Shown here: one piece after another, positions 53,426-63,418 of the stretch | Layout: the number at the start of each line of letters is the position of its first letter | Numbering within the stretch: position 1 is the stretch's first letter | Assembly: GCA_965208575.1 (NCBI GenBank) | Contig: CBDBOV010000006.1 | Location: forward strand, 416,001 to 480,000 | From: Spirochaetia bacterium | Lineage (GTDB): Bacteria; Spirochaetota; Spirochaetia; SZUA-6; Bin103 | DNA: 64,000 nucleotides | Direction of reading: 5' to 3' | Notes under the pieces: model-generated | The model's input: only the letters and a program-made list of their open reading frames with translations | The model's database searches: none | What the model was told of the DNA's origin: nothing | Position numbers and translations under genes: made by a program

Positions 53426-54959
53426 GGGTGCATTCTTTCTCTGTGGTAGCGGAATAGGAACCCTCCCAGAGACCAGAGATTCGGTGATGTGGTAAACATC
53501 GACCTGTCTCTGGGAGGGGACCAAAATGAGTGAGACCTTGGTAACGGAGTTGCTCCGGTTTTGCAAGACCCGGTGCGGGATTGACCTGAACCCGTGCAGC
53601 GGACCACGGGATCTGCTCGCCGCGGAGCTCGGTATGCTGAAGTGCCTGGTGGCTGCGGGACGTGCAGCGATGCAACGCTGGTGTGAGCAAGTCGGTGATG
53701 GGTATGTCGGTGCGCGCGCAACCCGCGGCGAGGTTCGGTACCGCTTTGTCGGGAGACGGCGGAAGACGCTGCATGGGCTGTTCGGCGTGATCACCTTGGT
53801 GCGCGCCTACTACGCGCCGCTCGGTGGCGGTGGCAAGGGGTGGGTGCCGCTGACAGAGCAACTGGGTATCGCGGGCGGGTACACGCCTGGGTGCCAGTAC
53901 TTCATGGCGCGGTGGTGCGCCGAGCAGTCCTACGAGCAGGGTCTGGCGCAATTCCACGAGGTGTTGCGGCCTGACGGGCGGGAGCTGGTGTCGATGAACA
54001 AGGCGTTCGAGATGGTGCGGGCGGTTACTGACGGGTTGGCGGAGCAACGCCAGCGGGAGATTGTCGAGCGTGCCGACGAGCCGGTGGCGGTGCGCGAAGA
54101 GATCACCGGGACGATGGTCGTGGGCATCGACGCGGGGAAGGTGGCGACACGCGCGAACGAGCGGGTAACTGAAGATGGGAAAAAGAGTTACGATCGCGTG
54201 TTTCGGGACTCCAAGGTAGCGACGGTATCAGCGGTGAAGGTGGACCGGGAGGGTGCAGCGCACTGCACCAAGACCTCCTGTGTCACCGGGATCGAGCATG
54301 CTGATGAGTTCTTTCCCCGGATCGAGGTGGAAATGAGCCGGCGCAGCGCTCACCTGGCAGCGCTGGTGCTGGTGATTCTGGGCGATGGAGCGCATTGGAT
54401 ATGGGACCGGGTCTCCCAGCTGTCCGAACCCGGGCAGAAGGTCTGGCACATCCTCGATTTCTGGCATGCCTGCGACCACTTGGGGAAGATCGGCAAGGTG
54501 TTGTACGGCGAGGGCAGCGAGCAGTTCAAGAGATCCTTCAAGCGCTGGCGCAGCCTGCTGCGCAAGGGCTGCGTCGCCGCCGTAATCAAGGAACTGCAGG
54601 AACTGCACGTCAGTGGCCGCTACAGCGAGAAGCAGTGCTACGACCTCCAGGGCGAGATCAACTACTTCACGGCCAACCAGCACCGCATGGACTACCCGCT
54701 GTATCGATCGTGCGGTCTGCCGATCGGCAGCGGTGTAGTCGAGGGAGCCTGCAAGAACGTCGTCGCCAAGCGCATGAAGCAGAGTGGGATGACTTGGTCG
54801 CTGGACGGAGCCAAGGAGATGCTTCAGCTCCGCGCTTCGGCGAAGAGCCGTCGCTTCTGGGACGATTTCGAGAGCCTGTTGCCCTCATCGCCCACCCCAG
54901 AATCCAACCAGATCCAGCTTGAGGCTGCCTGACCGCTACCACACTGACGGAATGCACCC
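53426..54959 (+). mobile_element. ISKra4-type insertion sequence, 1534 bp
   Basis: 27-bp TIRs (GGGTGCATTC-N6-TGTGGTAGCGG, 23/27 match) at 53426-53452 and 54933-54959; 9-bp TSD GGGACCCGC at 53417-53425 and 54960-54968. Confidence 0.93.
53526..54932 (+). CDS. DDE transposase (ISKra4/Mutator-like; ISLre2 assignment possible)
   Basis: GIDAG, LGDGAHWIW, LDFWHA, PIGSGVVEGACK, RMKQSGMTW. Confidence 0.9.
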   Translation: MSETLVTELLRFCKTRCGIDLNPCSGPRDLLAAELGMLKCLVAAGRAAMQRWCEQVGDGYVGARATRGEVRYRFVGRRRKTLHGLFGVITLVRAYYAPLGGGGKGWVPLTEQLGIAGGYTPGCQYFMARWCAEQSYEQGLAQFHEVLRPDGRELVSMNKAFEMVRAVTDGLAEQRQREIVERADEPVAVREEITGTMVVGIDAGKVATRANERVTEDGKKSYDRVFRDSKVATVSAVKVDREGAAHCTKTSCVTGIEHADEFFPRIEVEMSRRSAHLAALVLVILGDGAHWIWDRVSQLSEPGQKVWHILDFWHACDHLGKIGKVLYGEGSEQFKRSFKRWRSLLRKGCVAAVIKELQELHVSGRYSEKQCYDLQGEINYFTANQHRMDYPLYRSCGLPIGSGVVEGACKNVVAKRMKQSGMTWSLDGAKEMLQLRASAKSRRFWDDFESLLPSSPTPESNQIQLEAA

Positions 54960-57900
54960 GGGACCCGCACCGGCACCAGCCTGGGCACGCTGACGATCCC
55001 GACCCTGTCCAGTTCTTTCACGACCGCACAGTTCACCGCGCCCGGCAGCGGCTTCTCTCTGAAGCCCAGCACGACGTATGTCGTGGTGCTCGCCGGCAGC
55101 GCGACCATTATTGACATAACCCAGAGCGACTCCGAGGACAGTGGCGCCGCGGCGGGCTGGAGCATTGCGGACACCGGCCGGATTCAGGGCAACACTAGCC
55201 CCAACGCGTCCATCAAGATGGCGGTCCACGGCTACGCCAACAGCGCGCCCACGGTAGCGAACGCCATTCCGGACCAGACGGCAAGGGCGGGCGGGGCGTT
55301 CAGCTACGCCTTTCCGGTCAACACCTTCGCCGACGCGGACACCGGCGACACCCTGACCTACACCGCGACCAAGTCCGACGACAGCGCGTTGCCGTCCTGG
55401 CTGACCTTCACCGCCAGCACCCGCGCCTTCTCGGGCACGCCGCAGACGGCCAACGTCGGCACGCTGTCGGTGAAGGTGACCGCGAGCGACGGCACGGCTT
55501 CGGTGAGCGACACCTTCGACATCGTGGTGAAGGCGGCGCCGTCGGTCACAGGGGTCGCCATCTGGTCGACGCCCTCGCTCGATAGGGACGACAGCGGCAC
55601 GCCGGAGACCTACGGGCTGTCCGAGAAGATCCGGGTGCAGGTGACCTTCAGCGAGGCGGTGACGGTGACCGGCGCGCCGCGGCTGACGATCAAGATGGAC
55701 CCGAACTACGGCGAGTTCCCGGCGAACTACGAGACCGGCAGCGGCTCGACGAATCTGATCTTCGCCCACACCGTGGTGGACCCCAACATCTCGTCGGTGG
55801 GCATCGCGGTGCTCGAGAACACGCTGGAACTGAACGGCGGCACGATCCGGGCGGGGAGCGCGAACGCGCTGCTGGGGCATTCGGGGCTGGCCCACGACGC
55901 CGGCCACAAGGTGGACCACCGCGTCACGGGGACGCCGCAGTCTCCGCCCGCGCAACCGCGGCCGCCTGCCGCGCCTCGGGACACGGCGCCGCCGCAGGTT
56001 TCGGCCGCGCCGACGGTGGATGGCGCGACGCTCACGATCGTCTTCGACGAGCGGCTGGCCCGCGGCGCGGTGCCGCCGGCGGCGTTCGAGGTAGTGGTGG
56101 GCGGCGCCGAGGGCGTCACCCCGTCTTCCGTCGAGGTGGACCACCGGGGAACGGGCCGGACGTTGACGCTGACGCTGCCGGCGGCGGTGGCCCACGGCGA
56201 GACGGTCGAGGTGCGCTACACCCGGCCCGCGGCGGGCGGCGAGCGGCTGCGCGACGTCGCGGGCAACGCGGTGGCGAACTTCACGCGGACGGTGACCAAC
56301 GAGACGCCGGCGCCCCCGCCGGGAACGCCGGTGGCCGACGCCGGGGCCGACCTGGCGGTGGGTCCCGGGGCTTCGGTGACGCTGGACGGCTCGGCGAGCG
56401 CGGACCCGGACGGGGACGTGCTGAGCTATGCGTGGACGCAGACCTCGGGGGCGGCGGTGGCGCTGGAGGGCGCGGACACGGCGCGGGCGACGTTCACGGC
56501 GCCGGCGGATACGGGCGCGCTGGCGTTCCGGCTTACGGTGACGGACCCCGGCGGGCTCCCGGCCTACGACGACGTCACGGTGACGGTGCGCGACGTGGGG
56601 CCGCGCTTCGCGGCGCCGGTGTCGGCGCTGACGCTGTTGCTGGACCGGGAGATGGAGCCGGTGGTGCTGCCGGCGGCCACCGGCGGCAACGGCGGCCCCA
56701 TACCTATGCGCTGACCTCGGCGCCGGCGGGCCTGGCGGGGCTTTCCTTCGATGCGGGGACGCGGACGCTCTCGGGCACGCCGGCGGCGGAGGGGGACTGG
56801 ACCTTCACCTGGACGGCCCATGACGGGGACTCCAACACCGCGCCTTCCGACGCCGCTCGGGTGACCTTCCGGGTGACGGTGGGGGCGGTGGCGCCGGAGG
56901 CGCAGCGGCGGGCGGTGAAGCGCACCGTGGCGGCGCTGGCGACGCGCACGCTGGCGTCGGCGCTCGACACGATCGGCGCGCGGCTGAGCGGCGCCCTGCC
57001 CGGCGCGAACCTGACGCTGGCCGGCGAGTCGGTGCCGATATTCTCTACGTTCGGGGGGTCCGGGGCGGCCGCGGGGTGGCGCGCCGGCCCGAGCCTTGGG
57101 GCCTGCCCGGTCGACGGGTTCGGCAACGGCTTTGCGCACGCCGGCTTCGGCGCGGCGCGCGGTGGCTGCGCGCCGGCAGGGCCGAGCCGGACCTTCGGGA
57201 CGGCGGAGCTTCTGGGCGCGAGCGGGTTCTCGCTGACGCTGGGCGCGGCCCCTTCCGGGTCGGCCGGGCGGGACGCGCGGCGGCTGGATGCGGAGGATGC
57301 CGCGCCGGCTGCCGCCCGGATCCGCGACGCGGGCGAGCCGGTGTGGTCGCTGTGGGGCCGCGGCGACCTGGGCGCGTTCGCGGGTCGCCCGGAGCCGGGG
57401 ATGCGCTACGAGGGCGAGACGCGGACCGGCTGGCTCGGGGTGGACGCCCGCTCCGGGCGTTGGGTCGCGGGCCTCGCAGTCTCGCACGGGACCGGCGAGT
57501 CGGACTACGGCTTCGAGGGCGGCGACCATCCGGCGGAGCGGGGCCGGCTTGAGACGACGGTGAGCGCGCTCTGGCCCTACGGGCGCTGGACCTTCGGGAA
57601 CGTGCTGGAGCTGCGCGCCATGGCCGGCGCGGGGACCGGCACCTTGCGCCACGCCCCGGGCGGCGGCGCGCCGGCCGAGGAGAGCGGGTTGACGATGTGG
57701 GCGGGCTCGGTCGGCGTCAAGCGGAACCTGCCGCCCGTGGCCAGCATCCACCTGGCGGCGCGGGCCGACGCGAGCTTCGCGCATATCGCGTCCGAAGGCG
57801 GCGGGGAGACGCTCGACGGGCTGCGCGCCGACAGCTTGCGCGTGCGCGCCGGCGTGGAGGCGTCGCGGCGCCTGGCGCTGGGCGGCGAGCGGGCGCTCGT

Positions 57901-58678
57901 GCCGTTCCTGGAACTGGCGGCGCGGCAGGACGACGGCGACGGCGTGACCGGCACCGGCCTGGAGCTGGCGGGCGGGCTGCGCTTCGCGGCGCCCGGCGTC
58001 GACGTCGAGGTGCGCGGGCGCGTGCTGGCGGCGCACACCCAGGAGGGCGCCGAGGAGCGGGGGTTGAGCATGACCGCGCGGATGGGGTCCGCGCACGGGC
58101 GCGGGCTGTCGCTGATGCTGAGCCCGCGCTGGGGCGCGGGCACGGGCGGGGCGGAGGCGCTGTGGCGCGACGAGCTGCCGACGGCGGCCGGGGCGCCGCA
58201 CGGCGATGCCGGCGCGCTCGACGCGCGCATCGGCTACGGGGTCGGGGTGGCGCCGCACGGGCTGCTGACGCCGTTCGCCGAGACCAGGCTCGCCGGCGAT
58301 GACCGGCGGCTCCGGCTCGGAACCCGGTTCGAGGCGGAGCACATGAATCTCGGCGTCGAACTCGCCGGCGAGCACCGCGAGGGCGGCGCGGCCGGGCCCG
58401 AGCAGGTGCTCACGCTCGACCTGAAGCTGCGGCACTGAGCGCCGGCGCGTGTCCTACTGGGATGCCGCCATCATCGAAGCCGCGCGGATGCTTTCCTGCG
58501 ACCCACCGAATCGGCGGCCCGTGCAACCGGAAGGCACCCGCCGGCGGCGCCCTCCACGCCGACCGGCGGGACCGCCAGGGCTCGGGTTCGCTCGCCCGCC
58601 GTGTTTGCGGTAGGGTACAACGTGCGACGGATCGGTCAGAAGTTCGGACAATAGCAAGCGCAAGGAGCCGGCGGACCA

Positions 58679-59827
58679 ATGGCAACGAAGATCGAGCAGG
58701 TCGAATCGATTCGGATTGGTGGCACATACCTGGTGCGAATCCGGACCGAATCCGGGTTGACCGGGCTGGGGCAGACCGCGTGCTGGGGCTATCCGGAGGC
58801 GGTGCAGCAGATCGTGGAGCGGTTCGGATCATACCTGGTGGGGCAGGATCCGTTCCGTATCGAGCACCATTGGCAGGCGAACTACCGTACCGGGCCGTTC
58901 CGGGGCTCCGCGCTGTCGGGGGCGGTCAGCGCGGTGGATATCGCCCTCTGGGATATCAAGGGCAAGCACTTCGGGGCACCGGTCTGGGAATTGATGGGAG
59001 GCAAGTGCCGGGAACGAATCCGGCTGTTTCTGCTGATGGAAGGGGCCGAGACCCCGGACCAGATCGCCACCCAGGCGCGGGCCGCCGCCGAGGAGGGATT
59101 CACGGCGCTGAAGTTCGATCCACTCCCCGCCGGGTATCAGAACATGTCCCACGCGCGGCAGATCTCATCGGTGTGCGACCTGGTGGCCGCGGCCCGGGAG
59201 GCGGTGGGTGACGATGTCGACCTGATCGTCGAAATACACCGCAAGCTCACGCCGCTGGTCGCGGTGCCATTGGCCGACGCCCTGGCGGAATTCCGCCCGC
59301 TGTTCTACGAGGATCCGATCCAGATCGACAGCATCGTATCGCAGGCGGAGGTCGCGCGCCGCATCTCCATTCCGGTGGCGAACGGCGAACGACTGCACTC
59401 GATCTGGGAGTTTCGGGAGCTTCTTGCGTGCGGCGGCCCGCAGTACGTGCGCCCGGACGTGGGCCTGGCGGGCGGCTTGACCCATTGCAAGAAGATCGCC
59501 GCCATCGCGGAGTCGTACCACTGCGCCGTGGTGACTCACAACTTCCTCGGACCGGTGCTGACCGCAGCCTCGGTCCACCTGGATACGTGCATTCCCAACT
59601 TCGTTACCCAGGAGTACTCCAGGTATGACGAATCGCCGGAGAGTGCCGTGTACCGGACCGCTCTCAAGCGGGACGGCGGCTTTCTCCCGGTGCCCGAGAT
59701 GCCCGGCCTGGGAATCGAACTGGACGATGCAGCGTTGGCGCAGGCACAGCAGGAGTCCGTCGGAGCGGTGCGCCTCTCTCAACAACCGCTACTGCGCAGC
59801 GACGGTTCGGTTGCCTCCAGCGTATAG
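58679..59827 (+). CDS. Mandelate racemase/MLE family dehydratase (DgoD-like)
   Basis: SAVDIALWDIKGK..G.PV..L.GG, ALKF, YEDP, NGERL, RPD, THN, PGLGIE. Confidence 0.9.
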   Translation: MATKIEQVESIRIGGTYLVRIRTESGLTGLGQTACWGYPEAVQQIVERFGSYLVGQDPFRIEHHWQANYRTGPFRGSALSGAVSAVDIALWDIKGKHFGAPVWELMGGKCRERIRLFLLMEGAETPDQIATQARAAAEEGFTALKFDPLPAGYQNMSHARQISSVCDLVAAAREAVGDDVDLIVEIHRKLTPLVAVPLADALAEFRPLFYEDPIQIDSIVSQAEVARRISIPVANGERLHSIWEFRELLACGGPQYVRPDVGLAGGLTHCKKIAAIAESYHCAVVTHNFLGPVLTAASVHLDTCIPNFVTQEYSRYDESPESAVYRTALKRDGGFLPVPEMPGLGIELDDAALAQAQQESVGAVRLSQQPLLRSDGSVASSV

Positions 59828-59846
59828 CGAGTAGCAGCGCTCGCCG

Positions 59847-60221
59847 CTACGGCGTGCCGTGCAGCACTTCGATCAGCAGGTTGTCCGGACCGGAGACGAA
59901 CACGACATCCATGTTCTTCATCTTGCGCGGGCCATCCACGATGTTGGCGCCGCGTTCCCGCAGTTGCGCCACGGTCCCTTCGAAGTCGTCGGTGGCCATC
60001 GCGAAGTGATGGATCGCCGCATCGTTCGGGTTCGGTCCGTCCGTGGTCGGCGCGCGGTGAAAGATGTTGATGTGGCTTCCGGCCAGGTGCATGCGGGTGA
60101 TGACCACCGCCCCGAAGTCGATGACCCACTCGTCGGTGGCGTCGAACGTCTTGGCCAGGAACGCCTTGGTCGCGTCCGGGTCGCTGCTCTGGATGTGGAT
60201 GTGATCAAGGGAAAGCTTCAT
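59847..60221 (-). CDS. VOC/glyoxalase family protein
   Basis: LDHIHI, IHHFA, GPDNLLIEV. Confidence 0.85.
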   Translation of the reverse strand: MKLSLDHIHIQSSDPDATKAFLAKTFDATDEWVIDFGAVVITRMHLAGSHINIFHRAPTTDGPNPNDAAIHHFAMATDDFEGTVAQLRERGANIVDGPRKMKNMDVVFVSGPDNLLIEVLHGTP

Positions 60222-60297
60222 TGCCCCTACGATGCACCACAACACGCGGCCATGCCCACCCATCCTCCAAGGACCATCCCCCGCCGCTGCCTGCCTG

Positions 60298-60326
60298 TTG
60301 ACCAGGAGTTATACCTTGGTTATACT
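60298..60326 (+). promoter_or_regulatory. TA promoter TTGACC-17bp-TATACT with GTTATAC direct repeats; probably a leaderless transcript
   Basis: -35 at 60298-60303, -10 at 60321-60326, ATG at 60334 with no SD; GTTATAC at 60308 and 60319. Confidence 0.7.
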
Positions 60327-60333
60327 CGGCTTC

Positions 60334-60582
60334 ATGAAAACGGCCGTATCGCTGCCGGAACACCTGTTCAGAAAGGCAGATGAGGTAGCCGGGGAATTGG
60401 GGATTCCGCGCAGTCGGCTGTTCGCCATCGCGCTTGAGCAGTTCCTCGTCAACCACCGCCAGCAGGCAGTGACCGAACGCCTCGACGCCGTGTACAGCGA
60501 TCTACCAGACCGGCAGTCGCAGGACGCCATGGATGCGGGGCTGGAGAGTCTTCGGAACCTGACTCGCGATGACTCGTGGTGA
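60334..60582 (+). CDS. Ribbon-helix-helix antitoxin (MazE-like)
   Basis: MKTAVSLPEHLF..AD..A..LGI.RSRLF..AL; overlaps the toxin gene. Confidence 0.88.
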   Translation: MKTAVSLPEHLFRKADEVAGELGIPRSRLFAIALEQFLVNHRQQAVTERLDAVYSDLPDRQSQDAMDAGLESLRNLTRDDSW

Positions 60583-60907
60583 GATCTGGTGGGCGGATCT
60601 CGGCGTCCCTTTCGGCAGCGAACCGGGCTTTCGGCGTCCGGTCCTGATCGTTCAGGCCGACAGTTTCAATCGCAGCCGAATCGGTTCCGTGCTGTGCGTG
60701 CCGTTCACCACCAATCCGAGGCTGGCTGACGCGCCCGGCAACGTGTATCTGGATGCGGCCGAGTCGCTGTTGCCCAGAGACTCCGTGGTCGTCGTGTCCC
60801 AATTGACCTGCATCCATCGCGCGCGACTGGTGGAACGGGCGGGAACACTGGGGCCACAGAACTTCGCCGACGTGGAGGCTGGGCTCCGGCTCGTGCTCGC
60901 GCTCTAA
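60569..60907 (+). CDS. PemK/MazF family toxin
   Basis: RGEIWWADL..P.GSEPG.RRPVLIVQ, P.TTN, DS....SQ. Confidence 0.93.
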   Translation: MTRGEIWWADLGVPFGSEPGFRRPVLIVQADSFNRSRIGSVLCVPFTTNPRLADAPGNVYLDAAESLLPRDSVVVVSQLTCIHRARLVERAGTLGPQNFADVEAGLRLVLAL

Positions 60908-61185
60908 AGATCTGCCGAGGTGGGCGGCCTACACCTGCTCGGCGACGCGCGCGTCGGTGCGCAGACCGAGGTCCCGTCGCTCGAGTCCACACCCCGAGAG
61001 CACGCGCACTGCTCCGCATTTTGCTCGATGAACACCTCGACTGCGGTCTGGCACGCTCTTTCGACGATGCACACGAAGTTCGTTCCGTCCGTGGGATGGG
61101 TTGGTCGGGGATGCGCGGGCGACCGATACGAACGCCGCTGAGGACGATTGGATATGCGCCGGAGAACTGCCCTGGCGTGGCCGGG

Positions 61186-61461
61186 CTACGAGCCGCAGCG
61201 ATCCATGCGCGCAAGGAACTCGGCAGTCGTGGCGCAGTCCACGATCCACTCCCCGGTCTCGGCGAGACGATCCGCGTCCGTCACTTCAGCAAGCACCGTC
61301 GCCAGCCGCTCCGCCGCCGCCGGGCCGAAGCGCCGCTCCGCCAAGCGGCGCAACAACGCCTTCTCCCGCTCAATGCCCCGCTCGATGCCCTGCTCGATGC
61401 CCTGCTCGATGCCCTGCTCCAGGATTTCCGCTCCCCAGCGATCAATCTTTTCCGCCAACAC
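61186..61461 (-). CDS. Putative internally initiated C-terminal antitoxin (RpnS-like), ~91 aa
   Basis: In-frame GTG at 61459-61461 preceded at 8 nt by GAGGAGG (61470-61476). Confidence 0.6.
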   Translation of the reverse strand: MLAEKIDRWGAEILEQGIEQGIEQGIERGIEREKALLRRLAERRFGPAAAERLATVLAEVTDADRLAETGEWIVDCATTAEFLARMDRCGS

Positions 61462-62184
61462 TGCACTTGCCTCCTCGTACTCGCGGATCGATGGCAACTC
61501 CACGCCCCACTTCCGCCCCAGGGCGCCGAGCCACAGGTCAAAGGTCCTCGTCAGCCCCGGCTCGCCTACCTCGGCGAGCCATTCACCCAACTCCCGCACC
61601 CGCTCCGGCAGAGCCCCGACCTGCACGCTCTGCTCCACTTCCGCCACCCACCGTAGCAGGTTCGTCCGTGGCAGATCATCCCCTCTCACCGCCGCCAGAT
61701 CAAGCACCTCGTAGCTCAGCGCCAGATGCGCGGCACCGTCTTCCTCCGTCCTTGCCACCAGCCCGGCGAACGTCACCGGCGCGTCCCACCGTCTATCACC
61801 ATTGTACACGACCACGTGCAACACCGGGTCGGCCGTGTCGCTCTTGCTCCACCTGGGGCGGTCGTGGTACAGCCGCTGGTACAGCAGGCTCGTGTAGTTC
61901 AGGAACCGCAGCGGCATCGAGTAGTCCACGCTCGACTGATGCTCGATCACCACGTGCAGCGTCTGCACGCCGCCGCGTCCGTCGCGCCGGTCGATCGACC
62001 ACACCACGTCACCAAGCCGCCGTCGCAACTCGTCGGTGACGTTCTCGGTGGGGCCTTCGCGCAGGGTGTCGAAGTCGAACGCGCCGGCCCATCCCGACGG
62101 CCGCTGCGGGGCGATGAACCCGATGAGCAAGTCCTTGACGATGCGTTGGTGTGTGAGCAGGGGTTTGTACGCGGGGTCGTCCAT
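61186..62184 (-). CDS. Rpn/YhgA-like recombination-promoting nuclease
   Basis: D..YK.L..H, LRRRLGDVVW, IEHQS..D..MPLR, VVYNG, C-terminal (EQGI)n repeats. Confidence 0.88.
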   Translation of the reverse strand: MDDPAYKPLLTHQRIVKDLLIGFIAPQRPSGWAGAFDFDTLREGPTENVTDELRRRLGDVVWSIDRRDGRGGVQTLHVVIEHQSSVDYSMPLRFLNYTSLLYQRLYHDRPRWSKSDTADPVLHVVVYNGDRRWDAPVTFAGLVARTEEDGAAHLALSYEVLDLAAVRGDDLPRTNLLRWVAEVEQSVQVGALPERVRELGEWLAEVGEPGLTRTFDLWLGALGRKWGVELPSIREYEEASAVLAEKIDRWGAEILEQGIEQGIEQGIERGIEREKALLRRLAERRFGPAAAERLATVLAEVTDADRLAETGEWIVDCATTAEFLARMDRCGS

Positions 62185-62488
62185 GATTCTCTGCCGGTGG
62201 CCGCGCCATCGCAACGACGCGGCGCCATTCGGCGGGGGATTCTAACCTGACCACTTGCGGGGCGGTAGCGCCTCGCGTGAGGTGCGTGAGGTGATGGTTG
62301 TCGGGGCGTTGACGATGGCGAACGCGACCGTATCCGCGCAGACAGGGCAGCCTGATTGTCGGAAAACACATTCGTGAGCCAAGTGTCCGGCGGGCCGGAT
62401 TCAGTGCGATCGTTCCAGCTTCTGCAGGGCCCGGGTGGCGCGCTCGGCGCGGGCGCCTACGCCGCCGGCCACCCCGCCGCACGCTCGC

Positions 62489-63412
62489 TCAAACCGACGT
62501 GGCGCCGCTGCCAGCGAGACGACCGCCGCCGCCTCGCAGCCGCGGGTCGAGCAGGTCCCGCATGGCATCACCCAGCATGTTGAAACTGTACACCACGATC
62601 GTCAGGCACACCCCGGGCCATAGCGCCAGCCAGGGGGCCTGCTCCATGTACCTGCTCCCTTCATTGCTGAGCATCCCTCCCCAACTGGGGACATCGATGG
62701 GCAACCCGAATCCGAGGAAGCTCAACGCCGCCTCGGCCAGGATGACGCCGCCGACGTTGATGCTGAAGACGATGATGAGGGGCGCCACGATATTGGGCAG
62801 GACATGGCGCACCAGAATCTGCGTGGTGGGCGCGCCCACGGCCTTGGCTGCCAGGAAGTAGTCGTTGCCCTTGGTGGCCACCACGGCGCCTCTGACGACG
62901 CGCGAGCCGCCCACGCCGCCGGTGATCCCCAGGACCACGATGATCTGTGGCAGACCCTGCCCCACGACCGACATGATCGTGAGCAATAGCAGCAGTCCCG
63001 GGAACGCCATCCAGGCATCGACCAATCGTTGCACCGCCAGGTCCAGCTTACCGCCGAGGAATCCGGACGTGCCGCCGATCAGGGTAGCGACCACCACGTT
63101 CAGCGTGGTCGCCGCCAGACCAACGACCAACGAGATGCGCGCCCCGAACAGCAGACGGCTCAACAGGTCTCGCCCCAACTGGTCGGTCCCCAGCAGATGT
63201 CGCGTCGATGAGCCCTGCAGCCTTTCTGCCAGGCTCAGTTGATCGAAGGGATAAGGGGCCAAAACATCGGCAAAGATTGCCAGCAGAATCAGGATCAAGA
63301 TGACGATTCCGCTGGCGATGCCCAGCGGCTTCTCCCGCCACAACCTGCCAAAGAAATCGGCAAACAGGCGCCGCGTGTCATTCATAGGTAGCGCACTCCG
63401 GGGTGCAGCCAA
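62489..63412 (-). CDS. Peptide/nickel ABC permease (DppC-like); start may be the ATG at 63385
   Basis: HLLGTDQLGRDLLSR, YFLAAKAVGA, RHVLPN, EAALSFLG.G, PSWG, GDAMRD.LDPR. Confidence 0.92.
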   Translation of the reverse strand: MAAPRSALPMNDTRRLFADFFGRLWREKPLGIASGIVILILILLAIFADVLAPYPFDQLSLAERLQGSSTRHLLGTDQLGRDLLSRLLFGARISLVVGLAATTLNVVVATLIGGTSGFLGGKLDLAVQRLVDAWMAFPGLLLLLTIMSVVGQGLPQIIVVLGITGGVGGSRVVRGAVVATKGNDYFLAAKAVGAPTTQILVRHVLPNIVAPLIIVFSINVGGVILAEAALSFLGFGLPIDVPSWGGMLSNEGSRYMEQAPWLALWPGVCLTIVVYSFNMLGDAMRDLLDPRLRGGGGRLAGSGATSV

Positions 63413-63418
63413 AGAGCC

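Larger units (their letters stand above)
52908..58438 (+). pseudogene. Interrupted multi-domain autotransporter adhesin (signal peptide, N-terminal beta domain, Ig/cadherin-like, SwmB-like, PKD, Ig, beta-barrel)
   Basis: Removing the IS rejoins ...VTIREGTR|TGTSLGTL... in frame with ORF 55083; frameshift at ~56699 links to the barrel ORF ending 58438; motifs NSAPTVANAIPDQ, LRDVAGNAV, PVADAG...LDGSASADPDGD, WSLWGRGD. Confidence 0.85.
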
